From Mucilaginibacter sp. (GTDB taxonomy: Bacteria; Bacteroidota; Bacteroidia; Sphingobacteriales; Sphingobacteriaceae): DNA of 64,000 nucleotides. A model generated the notes under the pieces. The model was not told the origin of the DNA. It did not search any database and saw only the letters and a list, made by a program, of their open reading frames with translations. Made by a program: the position numbers and the translations under genes. Of this stretch, positions 1-9,314 are shown one piece after another. How positions within the stretch are numbered: the stretch's first letter is position 1; every line of letters begins with the position of its first letter. The stretch lies in assembly GCF_035492695.1 (NCBI RefSeq), contig NZ_DATJJC010000026.1, positions 12,846-76,845 of the forward strand, in the 5' to 3' direction.

Positions 1-1
1 G

Positions 2-616
2 GTTATTGGTTTGCCGGGAACTATAGATAACGATCTTGCCGGTACTGATTTTACTATAGGATATGATACAGCCATCAATACAGTTATCAATGCGGTGGAT
101 AAGATACGTGATACGGCCGAATCGCATGATCGCCTTTTTATTGTGGAAGTTATGGGCCGCGATTCGGGCATGATAGCCTGGCGCACCGGCATGGCAACGG
201 GCGCCGAAGGCATTATTATACCCGATGCAAACATAGGTGTAGATAAACTATTTGACCGGCTTGAAAACGGCCGCAAGAATAAAACGTCGCGTATTGTTAT
301 TGTTGCTGAAGGCGAGGGTGAAGAAAGTGGCGCTTTTGAAATAGGGCGCCAGGTAAAAGAAAAATTTCCGCATTTGGATACCCGCGTTTCTATATTGGGC
401 CATATTCAGCGTGGCGGCAGCCCAACCTGTATGGATAGGGTGCTGGCATGCCGGTTAGGTGTTGCTGCGGTTGAAGCGTTACTTGAAGGCTATAAAGGCG
501 ATATGGCAGGGATCATCAATAACCAGGTGGTATTTACCCCGTTCGAACAAGCTATCAAACATAACAGCGAGATTAACCCCAACCTGCTGAGGATAGTAGA
601 AATGCTTTCCTTATAA
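2..616 (+). CDS. pfkA: 6-phosphofructokinase, C-terminal part (5' end outside window)
   Basis: PGTIDND, GYDTA, EVMGR and LGHIQRGG motifs of ATP-PFK; the frame is open from base 2. Confidence 0.95.
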   Translation, partial: VIGLPGTIDNDLAGTDFTIGYDTAINTVINAVDKIRDTAESHDRLFIVEVMGRDSGMIAWRTGMATGAEGIIIPDANIGVDKLFDRLENGRKNKTSRIVIVAEGEGEESGAFEIGRQVKEKFPHLDTRVSILGHIQRGGSPTCMDRVLACRLGVAAVEALLEGYKGDMAGIINNQVVFTPFEQAIKHNSEINPNLLRIVEMLSL

Positions 617-2392
617 AGAAAATTTATTGTCGATGAATGTTTTATTGACGATCAGGCGTATCACATCGTCTATCTCCTGGGTTACCGTAAACAGGTGCTT
701 GATAATTTGCTCGTTTTCAGGATTGCTGAAGTTCTCATAGTCCATAATATTCATCAATCCAAGCATACTGGCAACCGGGCGGCGCAACTCGTGCGAGCTA
801 AGCGAAGCTATATTTCTCAAGCGTTCATTCTGGTCGAGCAATGCTTCCTCGGTCTTTAACATTTCGGTGATATCCCTGGCGAAGCAACCTACGCCAATAA
901 TCTCGTCCTTAGACTGTTTATAAATCGGATTGAAACTTACCTCGAAAAAGGTATGCTCTCCCGTTATAGGATGGGGGCTGTCGTGGCGTGTAACGTATCT
1001 TTCACCTGAAAGGGCTCGTTCATAAAATTGATGCCATTCGTCCCGGACCTGTTCCGTTTGGCCCGAGTGTATATAGGCATCGTCGCCTTCTTTGGGTATT
1101 GCGCCCATATTATTTTCTATCCGTTTCCGGTAGGCGGTATTCATGTATACATACCGCCCTTCCCGGTCTATCGACCAGATAAAGTTCTCTGTATTGTTGA
1201 TAAGCGCCTCGAGGTTGTTTTTGGTCCAGGCTATCTCTTCTGCTGCGTTCAGGGCATTAACTTCTATTTCTGTGGCTGAGGTCAGGTCCTGGCCGACGCC
1301 CTGTATCTCCGTCACCTTGCCCTCCTTGCCGGTTATGGAAATAAATTCCCATTTGGTTTGATGTACCTTTCCTTCCTTGTCAAGCTTACCATGTTCGAGC
1401 CGGATGACCTTCCCGGGGTTTTTGATACAACTCTTTAATGCATTTTCGCAAAGCGGTATGTCGTCAGCAGGCGTTATGACAGAGAAATGCTTACTGATGA
1501 TCTCAGATTTTTTATACCCCAGTAATTTCAAAAATTGCTTGTTGGCAAAGGTGATCACACCCGATGTATCTATCCTTAACAGGAAATTGGTTTGTGAATC
1601 TATCAGCGAGGTCAGGAACTGTTCACGCCGTTTCATTTCTTCCTGCTGCGTTACTTTTTCGGTAACATCGAGGGCAATGATCACCCGGCAGCTATGGTTA
1701 TCGTATTTAATCTCGTGCCCGGTCACTTCGGCATAAAGTATATCACCTTTTTTGTTCTGATGACGCCATACGCCGGCGCTGTTAAACCCGTCGAGCCTGC
1801 TTTCGGGTATGCCCTTTTTGTATAGATATTCGTTGAATTTTGCCAGATCGAACCGCGGGCGTATGTCGCGTATGGTCATACTCAAAAACTCCTGTTCGCT
1901 GTAACCATAATGACGGACTGCCGCCGCATTAACCTTTAATATGCGCAATGTGGGCAAATCGTATATCCACATCGGTGTAGGGTTGTCATTGAACAGGATG
2001 TTAAAGTCGCCCAGCGAATCCTGCATCCTGTAATTAATTGCCTTTTGGTCCGAAACATCTTTGATCACATTCAGAATCACCTCATGCCCGTGCGAACTGT
2101 CGCTCAAAAGCCGGCGTTTGTGATTTATCCATTTGATCTTGCCGCTTTTGGCAACTGCGCGGTAAGTAAGGTCGAGCCATTCATCCGTAGTGGCTTTGTG
2201 TATCTTTTCAACCACTTCATCATGGTCGCGCATATCAATAATTCCGATCCAGAAATCTTTGCTTTGAGCGATATCTTTTGGCGAGTACTCCAGGATAGTT
2301 TGTACGCTCGGGCTGATAAACAGGTAAGTTTGCGTAGTTTCATCAAAGGCCCAGACACAATCGTTAAGCGCCGCAAGAAGATCAGTAAGCAT
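611..2392 (-). CDS. Multi-PAS/PAC sensor protein ending in a HisKA-like helix pair, with no HATPase domain
   Basis: Repeated PAS/PAC segments (e.g. PMWIYD...ILKVNAAA) and H-box SHELRRP; the protein stops about 55 aa after the His. Confidence 0.8.
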   Translation of the reverse strand: MLTDLLAALNDCVWAFDETTQTYLFISPSVQTILEYSPKDIAQSKDFWIGIIDMRDHDEVVEKIHKATTDEWLDLTYRAVAKSGKIKWINHKRRLLSDSSHGHEVILNVIKDVSDQKAINYRMQDSLGDFNILFNDNPTPMWIYDLPTLRILKVNAAAVRHYGYSEQEFLSMTIRDIRPRFDLAKFNEYLYKKGIPESRLDGFNSAGVWRHQNKKGDILYAEVTGHEIKYDNHSCRVIIALDVTEKVTQQEEMKRREQFLTSLIDSQTNFLLRIDTSGVITFANKQFLKLLGYKKSEIISKHFSVITPADDIPLCENALKSCIKNPGKVIRLEHGKLDKEGKVHQTKWEFISITGKEGKVTEIQGVGQDLTSATEIEVNALNAAEEIAWTKNNLEALINNTENFIWSIDREGRYVYMNTAYRKRIENNMGAIPKEGDDAYIHSGQTEQVRDEWHQFYERALSGERYVTRHDSPHPITGEHTFFEVSFNPIYKQSKDEIIGVGCFARDITEMLKTEEALLDQNERLRNIASLSSHELRRPVASMLGLMNIMDYENFSNPENEQIIKHLFTVTQEIDDVIRLIVNKTFIDNKFSL

Positions 2393-2452
2393 AGAGTTTT
2401 ATCATATTCCGGAACACTATAAAGTTATATCTTTTATTGCAAAAAACCCTGT

Positions 2453-2983
2453 TCAGAGTAATTTATCGGCAATTTCGGCCCAGTTATTTGCCCGTTCATA
2501 TTCGGTTACCAGGTGATTGTGTGGCGAAGAGAACAGGATGGGGCGACCATGAAAACCTGCGAAATTGCGGATTCGGTCATCGATCATGATTCCCACGTCG
2601 ACTATTTTGTGGCCGCAAAAAATAATGTTTTTCCAGCCGATATAGGGAAAGTGGTCGCCCAGCCAATCAAGCTTATCTACCAGTGAGTTCTTAAATTCCA
2701 TGGCGGCCGAAACAATATAAACATCATATTTATTGCATAATTCCTTCACCACATCCTGGCTGCCCGGCATCACTTTAAGATCGCGGAAAAACCCCGGCGC
2801 ATTTACATAAGTACGCCAGCTTTCGTTCAAAGTGTCGGGCAGCAATTCATGAAATTCCTTGCCGCTCATTTCTTCAAGCAATATTTCGGTTTGATGGTCC
2901 TGCCGGTAAACTTCGATAAACTTATCTATGGTATCGGCCAAAACCTCGTCCATATCAATGGCCAGGCGTATTTTTTGTTCCAT
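2453..2983 (-). CDS. 5'(3')-deoxyribonucleotidase (NT5C-type HAD)
   Basis: IDMDEVLAD HAD motif I and MIDD motif; start moved to the ATG at 2983 (MEQKIRL). Confidence 0.85.
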   Translation of the reverse strand: MEQKIRLAIDMDEVLADTIDKFIEVYRQDHQTEILLEEMSGKEFHELLPDTLNESWRTYVNAPGFFRDLKVMPGSQDVVKELCNKYDVYIVSAAMEFKNSLVDKLDWLGDHFPYIGWKNIIFCGHKIVDVGIMIDDRIRNFAGFHGRPILFSSPHNHLVTEYERANNWAEIADKLL

Positions 2984-3071
2984 AATATATCCGCCACAAG
3001 TTGCCAATAATTTTTAAAATCCGCCTGAACTTTAATTATTTATAAGATTTAGAATTTAAAATATATTTTTT

Positions 3072-3079
3072 TACCTTTG
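3072..3079 (+). promoter_or_regulatory. Bacteroidota housekeeping -7 promoter element for rpsP
   Basis: TACCTTTG matches TAnnTTTG, about 55 nt upstream of rpsP. Confidence 0.65.
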
Positions 3080-3132
3080 CATCCCCGCAGAAGGAGACTC
3101 CGGGGATAATGTTGGATACATAAAAACAAAAA

Positions 3133-3714
3133 ATGGCAACTAAGATCAGACTGCAAAGACATGGTAAAAAAGGGAAACCTTTTTACTATATCGTAGTGGC
3201 AGACGCGCGTGCTCCAAGAGATGGCCGCTTCATTGAGCGTTTAGGTTCATACAACCCAAACACCAATCCCGCTACAATTGACATTAATTTTGACAAAACC
3301 CTTGATTGGGTAAACAATGGCGCACAGCCAACCGATACCTGCCGTGCGATATTGTCGTACAAAGGTGTTTTGTACAAAAAACATTTACAGGGCGGCCTTA
3401 AAAAAGGTGCTTTGACCGAAGAACAGGTTGAGTCTAAATTCCAGACCTGGCTTGATCAGAAAGAAGGCAAGATCACCGGTAAAAAAGAAAGCTTAACGAC
3501 TGCAAAGCAAGATGCCCGCAAAGCTGCTTTAGCTGCTGAGGCTAAAAAGAAGGAAGAAAGAGCTGCTGCAATAGCTGCTAAAAATACTCCTCCGGCTGAA
3601 GAAGCAGAAGTTGCTGAGGAAGAAACCGAAGCACCAGTTGCTGAGGCCGAAACGGAAGCTCCTGCAGCTGATACCGAAGCTGATGCATCGGCAGAAGCCG
3701 AAAGCGCTGAGTAA
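3133..3714 (+). CDS. rpsP: 30S ribosomal protein S16 with an acidic Ala/Glu-rich C-terminal tail
   Basis: [35 protein letters not shown]. Confidence 0.98.
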   Translation: MATKIRLQRHGKKGKPFYYIVVADARAPRDGRFIERLGSYNPNTNPATIDINFDKTLDWVNNGAQPTDTCRAILSYKGVLYKKHLQGGLKKGALTEEQVESKFQTWLDQKEGKITGKKESLTTAKQDARKAALAAEAKKKEERAAAIAAKNTPPAEEAEVAEEETEAPVAEAETEAPAADTEADASAEAESAE

Positions 3715-3797
3715 TCGGATAAAACTTAAGAGATAGCGAAGTATTGAAAAGTACTTCGCTATTTTTGTTTGCTACCGGGCAACAAGAGGAAAAGGAT

Positions 3798-4325
3798 ATG
3801 ACGATAGAAGATAGCTTCAAAATAGGCACCGTTTTAAAGACCAAAGGTTTAAAGGGCGAACTGCAAATGTACGTGGCCTTTGAGGACCTGGACATGATCG
3901 ATTTCAACGCGATATTTGTCGATATGGCCGGAAAGCTGGTACCCTACTTTGTTGAGTCGGTTAAATATCAAAGCCATAATAATACCGCCAATCTTTTCCT
4001 GGAGGACATAGATACTATCGAGAAAGCATCCAGACTGGTTAAGAAAGATGTTTACCTCCCCAATAAATTAAAACCCAAAAAGAAAAAAGGCGATTTCACC
4101 CTGGCAGACCTTTTAGGGTTCACCGCTGTTGACGAAAATGAAGGCGAGCTGGGCGAGATCACCCACATCCAGGAATTGCCACAGCAATTTATAGCCACCG
4201 TTCATTATAAAAACTGCGAAGTGCTTTTCCCGCTCAACGAAGAGATCATCAAAAGCATCGATGTGGTGAAAGGTATTGTTTTGGTCGATCTGCCCGAAGG
4301 CCTGCTGGATATCTACCTCGAATAA
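3798..4325 (+). CDS. rimM: Ribosome maturation factor RimM
   Basis: IGTVLKTKGLKGEL N-terminus and PRC-barrel C-terminus (LPEGLLDIY); follows rpsP; ATG 3798 preferred over TTG 3744. Confidence 0.93.
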   Translation: MTIEDSFKIGTVLKTKGLKGELQMYVAFEDLDMIDFNAIFVDMAGKLVPYFVESVKYQSHNNTANLFLEDIDTIEKASRLVKKDVYLPNKLKPKKKKGDFTLADLLGFTAVDENEGELGEITHIQELPQQFIATVHYKNCEVLFPLNEEIIKSIDVVKGIVLVDLPEGLLDIYLE

Positions 4326-4556
4326 AATAGGGTCCACTTTTAAGTGCTTTCTATCTAATGGTATTAGATCTGCCGTGCAAAATGCTCATTGATCTTCGTG
4401 GGCTGTAACTGGTGTGGCAAACATACCCGATGTGTAAAAAACATGTTACACATTTTGCGGAAAAAAATAAACGGTTCGCTATCGTAAAGATCCAATGCAG
4501 CTTAAGAAACAATATGGCATTGTAATTGCCTTAGTCGCAACGTATTAATTACTCGC

Positions 4557-4700
4557 ATGAAAAGAATCAAACAGTCCTTTGTTGAAGTAGTGGCCGGTGA
4601 GCCGCGTAAAGAACATTTTATTAATGTTTCTATTGTTATTCTCGCAGTTTCCGTTGTAGTTTGGGTGCTTTTGGAATTCACACAATTCGGGAAGGTATAA
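4557..4700 (+). CDS. 47-aa single-TM small protein (not in ORF track)
   Basis: Hand translation MKRIKQSFVEVVAGEPRKEHFINVSIVILAVSVVVWVLLEFTQFGKV; clearly similar to the 4915-5070 ORF. Confidence 0.65.
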   Translation: MKRIKQSFVEVVAGEPRKEHFINVSIVILAVSVVVWVLLEFTQFGKV

Positions 4701-4914
4701 GAAGTAAAGCATGATGATTTTGGCCGTTATACCGGCAGAACCGTTGTACACCTGCATTGTAAACTGTTTACTAAACTGCACGCTTCGAAAGAAGTAATCT
4801 ATTCGCTGCTGAATAAAAAATTAGCTGTTGCTCAATGGTTTAATATTGGATTATCCCGGCTATGCCAGCACTGGCACCGTTGTTGTATTATCGTCTGTAT
4901 TAAAATTATTTCTT

Positions 4915-5070
4915 ATGGAAAAAATCAAACAATCTTTCATAGCGATAGTAGAAGGTGAACCAACGCGGGAGCACTATACCAACTTCTTAATTTTCTTTCT
5001 CTGTTTATCAGCTCTGATAACAATAGTCTATTTCGCAACCGGTATGAACCACATGGCGCCGAAATATTAG
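4915..5070 (+). CDS. 51-aa single-TM small protein, paralog of 4557-4700
   Basis: MEKIKQSFIAIVEGEPTREHYTNFLIFFLCLSALITIVYFATG...; the ATG at 4915 aligns with the paralog start. Confidence 0.65.
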   Translation: MEKIKQSFIAIVEGEPTREHYTNFLIFFLCLSALITIVYFATGMNHMAPKY

Positions 5071-5288
5071 GAAAGGAAGTTCCTTAATTTTTGCCGAATT
5101 TATTGGGCATCATGTCAGATGGGATAACTGTGTCTTATAATACTCGCTCAGAGAATGCCATTTACAAATAGCACTATGCATACCAGGCCTGTAATTACAA
5201 TAAACAGGATCGACAATAGATAATACCTTAGAATTTCTTTCCCGATAATTACAGGGTTACATTAAAGGTGGAAAAGATGATCGTGAAA

Positions 5289-5334
5289 AAATGTAAAATA
5301 AACTTGACATTATAAAAAGTATGTTTTACATTTG
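5289..5334 (+). promoter_or_regulatory. Putative promoter/operator of the membrane protein-XRE operon
   Basis: 10-bp inverted repeat AAATGTAAAA (5289-5298) / TTTTACATTT (5324-5333) overlapping TACATTTG (5327-5334, TAnnTTTG). Confidence 0.55.
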
Positions 5335-5355
5335 GTCAATCAAAATTGACAAATC

Positions 5356-6267
5356 ATGAGATCACGTTTTTTACTACCCAACCTGGTTCGGCCCTTTGGC
5401 TGGATCATGGCCCTGCCGGGATTCGTGTTAGGTTACCTGGTGGTTTATAACGACTATAAGATTCCCGGTTTTGGCATAACCGTTCCGCCGCCAACCCGGT
5501 TCTTTCACGCTCCGTTTTACCAGGACCTTACCAAAACTCTGGCACTTGCACTGGTTATTATCGGCTTGTTTTTGGTAGCCTTTGCCCGCGAAAAAAAGGA
5601 AGATGAACTAACGGCACGCATCCGGTACAATGCCTTATACTGGGCGGTTTTGGTTAATTATATTATCTATATGGTTTGGCTTGTCTTAACCGTGGCTATC
5701 GAATTACTGAAATTGGACAAAGGTGCGCTTGGTTCCTTTGCCGATATTATGGGGATATCAACCTATAACTTATTTACGCCTTTATTGATATTTATAGCAC
5801 GCTATTATTACTTGCGCTACAGCAAGAACGGCGAATATAAGTTGGATAAACTAGTTTACCTGCCCGAGCGGCCATATAAAATGATCGGGCAGGCCGTCTC
5901 GGTACCGCTGTTAGTGATCATCCTGATCGCATTCGTAGGTTCCTGGTTTTTTAAAGGCAATACCGAACCGAAAGACTGGATAGAAACCATGTTTTTACTT
6001 CTGCCGTTCAGCCTGATGATATGGGGATATAGCAAAAGGCACAACGAAGATGAGTTTGTATCAACACTTCGCCTCGAGTCGATGCAACTGGCGGTTTATA
6101 TTAACTATGCCGTTCTGCTGCTTGCCAACTTTTTCTTCTACTTTTTCGATTTCATGATCGTGATGTTCCTTAACCTGGGTACCATAGCGCTGTTTTTTGT
6201 GCTGCGCTTTAACTATATTCTTTGGAAGTACAATAAACAAAACGGCAAAGGGGAGCTGGCCTTATGA
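5356..6267 (+). CDS. Membrane protein with two internal copies of an EDE...IR..SL.WA..NY domain
   Basis: Multiple TM segments; AREKKEDELTARIRYNALYWAVLVNY and SKRHNEDEFVSTLRLESMQLAVYINY. Confidence 0.75.
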   Translation: MRSRFLLPNLVRPFGWIMALPGFVLGYLVVYNDYKIPGFGITVPPPTRFFHAPFYQDLTKTLALALVIIGLFLVAFAREKKEDELTARIRYNALYWAVLVNYIIYMVWLVLTVAIELLKLDKGALGSFADIMGISTYNLFTPLLIFIARYYYLRYSKNGEYKLDKLVYLPERPYKMIGQAVSVPLLVIILIAFVGSWFFKGNTEPKDWIETMFLLLPFSLMIWGYSKRHNEDEFVSTLRLESMQLAVYINYAVLLLANFFFYFFDFMIVMFLNLGTIALFFVLRFNYILWKYNKQNGKGELAL

Positions 6268-6698
6268 AAAATCGTTTTTTGTTTCCTTACTGGTTCCGCT
6301 ACTTGGGCTGGGGGCTGGTTATAGTGCATGTACCTTTAAGCATGCTTGGACGTTCGCATGGTATGATCAATATCATGGATGCACAGCCTACCAATGGCGG
6401 GCCATTTTCGGGCGAACATTTGTTCTTCATTTGCACTTCATTGGTTATGGCAACGGGGTTATTCTTTGTCGCTTTTGCTAAAGAAAAAATGGAGGACGAG
6501 CAGATATGGCAGATCAGGCTCGATTCCCTGCGATGGGCTATATACATTAACTACATCATCCTTATCGCCAGCCTCGTTTTTATTGAAGATGTGGGTCACA
6601 TGCTCGAACTAAACCTGTGGGTTCCCCTTATATTTTTCATCATCCGTTTCCGCTGGGTTATTTTCCGGCTGAACCGTTCGTTAAGCCGGGAGGGATAG
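6264..6698 (+). CDS. Membrane protein with one copy of the same domain
   Basis: AKEKMEDEQIWQIRLDSLRWAIYINY; 4-nt ATGA overlap with the upstream gene. Confidence 0.75.
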   Translation: MKNRFLFPYWFRYLGWGLVIVHVPLSMLGRSHGMINIMDAQPTNGGPFSGEHLFFICTSLVMATGLFFVAFAKEKMEDEQIWQIRLDSLRWAIYINYIILIASLVFIEDVGHMLELNLWVPLIFFIIRFRWVIFRLNRSLSREG

Positions 6699-6700
6699 CT

Positions 6701-6901
6701 ATGAAAAATAATATACGTGTGGAACGCGCCATTAAAGATATTACCCAGGCCGACCTGGCCGAAGCGGTGAATGTATCGCGCCAAACCATCAATACTATCG
6801 AAAGCAATAAATACGTACCTTCAACGGTACTGGCACTAAAGATAGCCCGGGTTTTTGGCAAACCGCTTGAAGAGATATTTATATTAGAGGAAGACGACTA
6901 A
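6701..6901 (+). CDS. XRE/Cro-C1 family HTH transcriptional regulator
   Basis: MKNNIRVERAIKDITQADLAEAVNVSRQTINTIESNKYVPSTVLALKIARVF; real start is the ATG at 6701. Confidence 0.9.
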   Translation: MKNNIRVERAIKDITQADLAEAVNVSRQTINTIESNKYVPSTVLALKIARVFGKPLEEIFILEEDD

Positions 6902-6932
6902 CAAAATCAATAATCAAACCAAGACATTCGAT

Positions 6933-7334
6933 ATGCAGTCAAAACCTATTTTTGCGCCTGAGTTAACAATTCCCAACGGCGTTACCGATGTTGAATTTTA
7001 TAAAAATGCGTTTGGCGCCACAGAGCTGCGCCGTTTTAGCAATGATGATGGTACCATACATGTATCGGAATTGGAAATTAACGGCGCCTTATTTCATTTA
7101 CACGAAATAACTCAAAATTATAGCCTCAGTCCGGATAAAGCCGACGGAACTACGGTAACGATCGGCTTATTTGTCGAAGATGTAGATGCGGTCATTAACC
7201 AGGCAATACAAGCCGGGGCAAAATTAAAATCGCCGGCGCAGGATTATTTTTATGGCTACAGGCAGGGTTCATTTGTTGATCCTTTTGGTCACCATTGGCA
7301 AATACAAAAAACAATACCTCAAACAAATGAATAG
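6933..7334 (+). CDS. VOC/glyoxalase (PhnB-like) protein
   Basis: FYKNAFGA and DYFYGYRQGSFVDPFGHHW. Confidence 0.85.
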   Translation: MQSKPIFAPELTIPNGVTDVEFYKNAFGATELRRFSNDDGTIHVSELEINGALFHLHEITQNYSLSPDKADGTTVTIGLFVEDVDAVINQAIQAGAKLKSPAQDYFYGYRQGSFVDPFGHHWQIQKTIPQTNE

Positions 7335-7719
7335 TTATAAGGCAGCCATTATACCCACCTTATCGGTAAGGAATGGCGCAGCAGCCGTTGATTTTTATAA
7401 AAAAGCTTTTGACGCCGAAGAGTTGATGTGTATTACGGGCGATGACGGTTCGGTAGTGGCCGAGCTTTCCATAGGTGGTGCACGATTTTTCCTGGCGGAT
7501 GAGTCACCCGAACACGGCAATTTTAGTCCCGAAAGCCTGGGCGGCATTTGTATAAGGATAGGCTTGCTGGTCGAAGACCCCGATGCAGTTGCAAAAAAGG
7601 CCGTTGAAGCCGGCGCCAGGGAAGTTTATCCGGTTGCCGACCAGGACTACGGCTATCGCTTAGGGCTGGTGATTGACCCCTTTGGCCACCATTGGGAAAT
7701 TTGTAAGCCGTTACATTGA
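7327..7719 (+). CDS. VOC/glyoxalase (PhnB-like) protein, tandem paralog
   Basis: FYKKAFDA and DQDYGYRLGLVIDPFGHHW; the ATG at 7327 overlaps the upstream stop. Confidence 0.85.
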   Translation: MNSYKAAIIPTLSVRNGAAAVDFYKKAFDAEELMCITGDDGSVVAELSIGGARFFLADESPEHGNFSPESLGGICIRIGLLVEDPDAVAKKAVEAGAREVYPVADQDYGYRLGLVIDPFGHHWEICKPLH

Positions 7720-7788
7720 ACCGCAATCTGGAGAGTTAAAGCAAAAAGCTTTGAACTTTCTGCTTTTAGCTTTCCGCTCAAAGAAAGC

Positions 7789-7796
7789 TATCTTTG
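7789..7796 (+). promoter_or_regulatory. -7 promoter element immediately before trmD (near-leaderless)
   Basis: TATCTTTG, 4 nt before the ATG at 7801. Confidence 0.6.
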
Positions 7797-7800
7797 CGCC

Positions 7801-8475
7801 ATGCGCTTTGATCTGATCACTGTTTTACCGGGCTTGCTCGAAAGCCCTTTCGCCCATTCTATTTTACAGCGTGCGCAAAAAAAGGGCATAGCCGAAATAG
7901 TAGTGCATAATCTGCGCGATTATGCTACCAACAAGCATAAAAGTGTGGACGATTATCCGTTTGGCGGAGGCAGTGGTATGGTGATGACCATTGAGCCGTT
8001 TGCCGCATGTATCGAAAAATTAAAGAGCGAACGTGAATATGACGAAGTGATCTTTATGACACCAGATGGTGAAACGTTGAACCAGCCGATAGCCAACCAG
8101 TTGTCCATCAAAAAAAACATCATTATCCTTTGCGGGCATTATAAAGGCATCGACCAGCGCATACGCGACCTGTTTGTAACCCGCGAGATATCTATTGGCG
8201 ACTATGTGCTTTCGGGCGGAGAGCTGCCCGCGGCAGTTTTAGTAGATGCTGTGATCAGGCTGATACCCGGCGTACTAAGCGACGAGACTTCGGCCTTGTC
8301 CGATTCTTTCCAGGACGACCTGCTGGATGCGCCGGTTTATACCCGCCCGGCCGACTGGAACGGTAACCGGGTACCCGAAATATTATTGAGCGGCAATACC
8401 CCCGAAATAGAAAAATGGCGCTTTGAGCAAGCCGTGGAACGGACGAAGCAGCGGAGACCGGATCTGCTGAAATAG
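7801..8475 (+). CDS. trmD: tRNA (guanine37-N1)-methyltransferase
   Basis: [41 protein letters not shown]. Confidence 0.98.
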   Translation: MRFDLITVLPGLLESPFAHSILQRAQKKGIAEIVVHNLRDYATNKHKSVDDYPFGGGSGMVMTIEPFAACIEKLKSEREYDEVIFMTPDGETLNQPIANQLSIKKNIIILCGHYKGIDQRIRDLFVTREISIGDYVLSGGELPAAVLVDAVIRLIPGVLSDETSALSDSFQDDLLDAPVYTRPADWNGNRVPEILLSGNTPEIEKWRFEQAVERTKQRRPDLLK

Positions 8476-8490
8476 TTCAATAAACTGTAT

Positions 8491-8607
8491 GTAATTTCGA
8501 TGAGCATGCGGTGGGAATAGCGTTGGAGCGAAGAGAAATCTTATATACCTGATATCGTCTACCGTGCGTGTCGTACAAGATTTCTCCTCGCACCTCGTCG
8601 AAATGAT
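8491..8607. repeat. REP-like palindromic element, copy 1
   Basis: GTAATTTCGATGAG...GAGAAATCTT...AAGATTTCTC...CTCGTCGAAATGAT nested inverted repeats. Confidence 0.75.
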
Positions 8608-8777
8608 ATTCGGATTATTAGTTGTTTGAGTTATCAAATAGCCTCCTATCATCTAAAAATGTTAACATTTGGCAAAATGTGGAAATTTTTAAATCTTACT
8701 TTTTAAATTAAAATAAAATCCCTATTATTGCAAGCCGATTTTTACGGGTTAAAAATTGCGTTTAGAGCTTAGAAATC

Positions 8778-9125
8778 ATGGATTTAATAAAATTTGTCGA
8801 AGAGCAATCAGTAGAAAAAAAGCAACTTCCTGCATTTAAAGCAGGTGATACTGTTAGCGTACACTATAAAATCAGAGAAGGAAACAAGGAACGTGTCCAG
8901 GTTTACCAGGGTGTTGTTATCCAGCGTAACAGTGATGGTAACAACGAAACTTTTACTGTACGTAAGGTTTCAAATGGTATCGGCGTTGAGCGTATTTTCC
9001 CTGTAAATTCGCCAAATATCGATAAAGTGGATGTAAACAGCCGTGGTAAAGTTCGCCGTGCCAAACTGTTCTACCTGCGCGAATTGACCGGTAAAGCAGC
9101 CCGTATCAAATCAAAAAGAGTTTAA
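8778..9125 (+). CDS. rplS: 50S ribosomal protein L19
   Basis: [22 protein letters not shown] and [13 protein letters not shown]. Confidence 0.98.
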   Translation: MDLIKFVEEQSVEKKQLPAFKAGDTVSVHYKIREGNKERVQVYQGVVIQRNSDGNNETFTVRKVSNGIGVERIFPVNSPNIDKVDVNSRGKVRRAKLFYLRELTGKAARIKSKRV

Positions 9126-9150
9126 TTTCCCTCGCGGGATAACAAAATAT

Positions 9151-9183
9151 AAAGCCTTCCTGTATTTTCAGGAGGGCTTTTTT
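9151..9183 (+). terminator. Intrinsic terminator after rplS
   Basis: AAAGCCTTCCTG-TATTTT-CAGGAGGGCTTT followed by a T-run. Confidence 0.8.
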
Positions 9184-9207
9184 ATGCGTTTTATTCTATA
9201 AGAACTT

Positions 9208-9298
9208 GTCATTTGAGCAACAGCGAAATCTTAAACGACTTGAATATCCGCGCGGCGTATGACGTACAAGGTTTCTCCTCGTACCTTGTCGAAAAGAT
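9208..9298. repeat. REP-like palindromic element, copy 2 (degenerate)
   Basis: GTCATTTGAGC...GAAATCTTA...AAGGTTTCTCCTCGTACCTTGTCGAAAAGAT. Confidence 0.6.
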
Positions 9299-9314
9299 AA
9301 TCTTGGAGTAGGAA

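Noticed and set aside
3500-3714. Long acidic low-complexity tail on S16
   Set aside because: Such extensions are common in Bacteroidota S16 and are not novel.
5135-5245. Minus-strand hydrophobic frame (VIIGKEILRYYLLSILFIVITGLVCIVLFVNGIL) as a third small membrane peptide
   Set aside because: There is no ATG/GTG/TTG start after the upstream in-frame stop and no similarity to the two paralogs.
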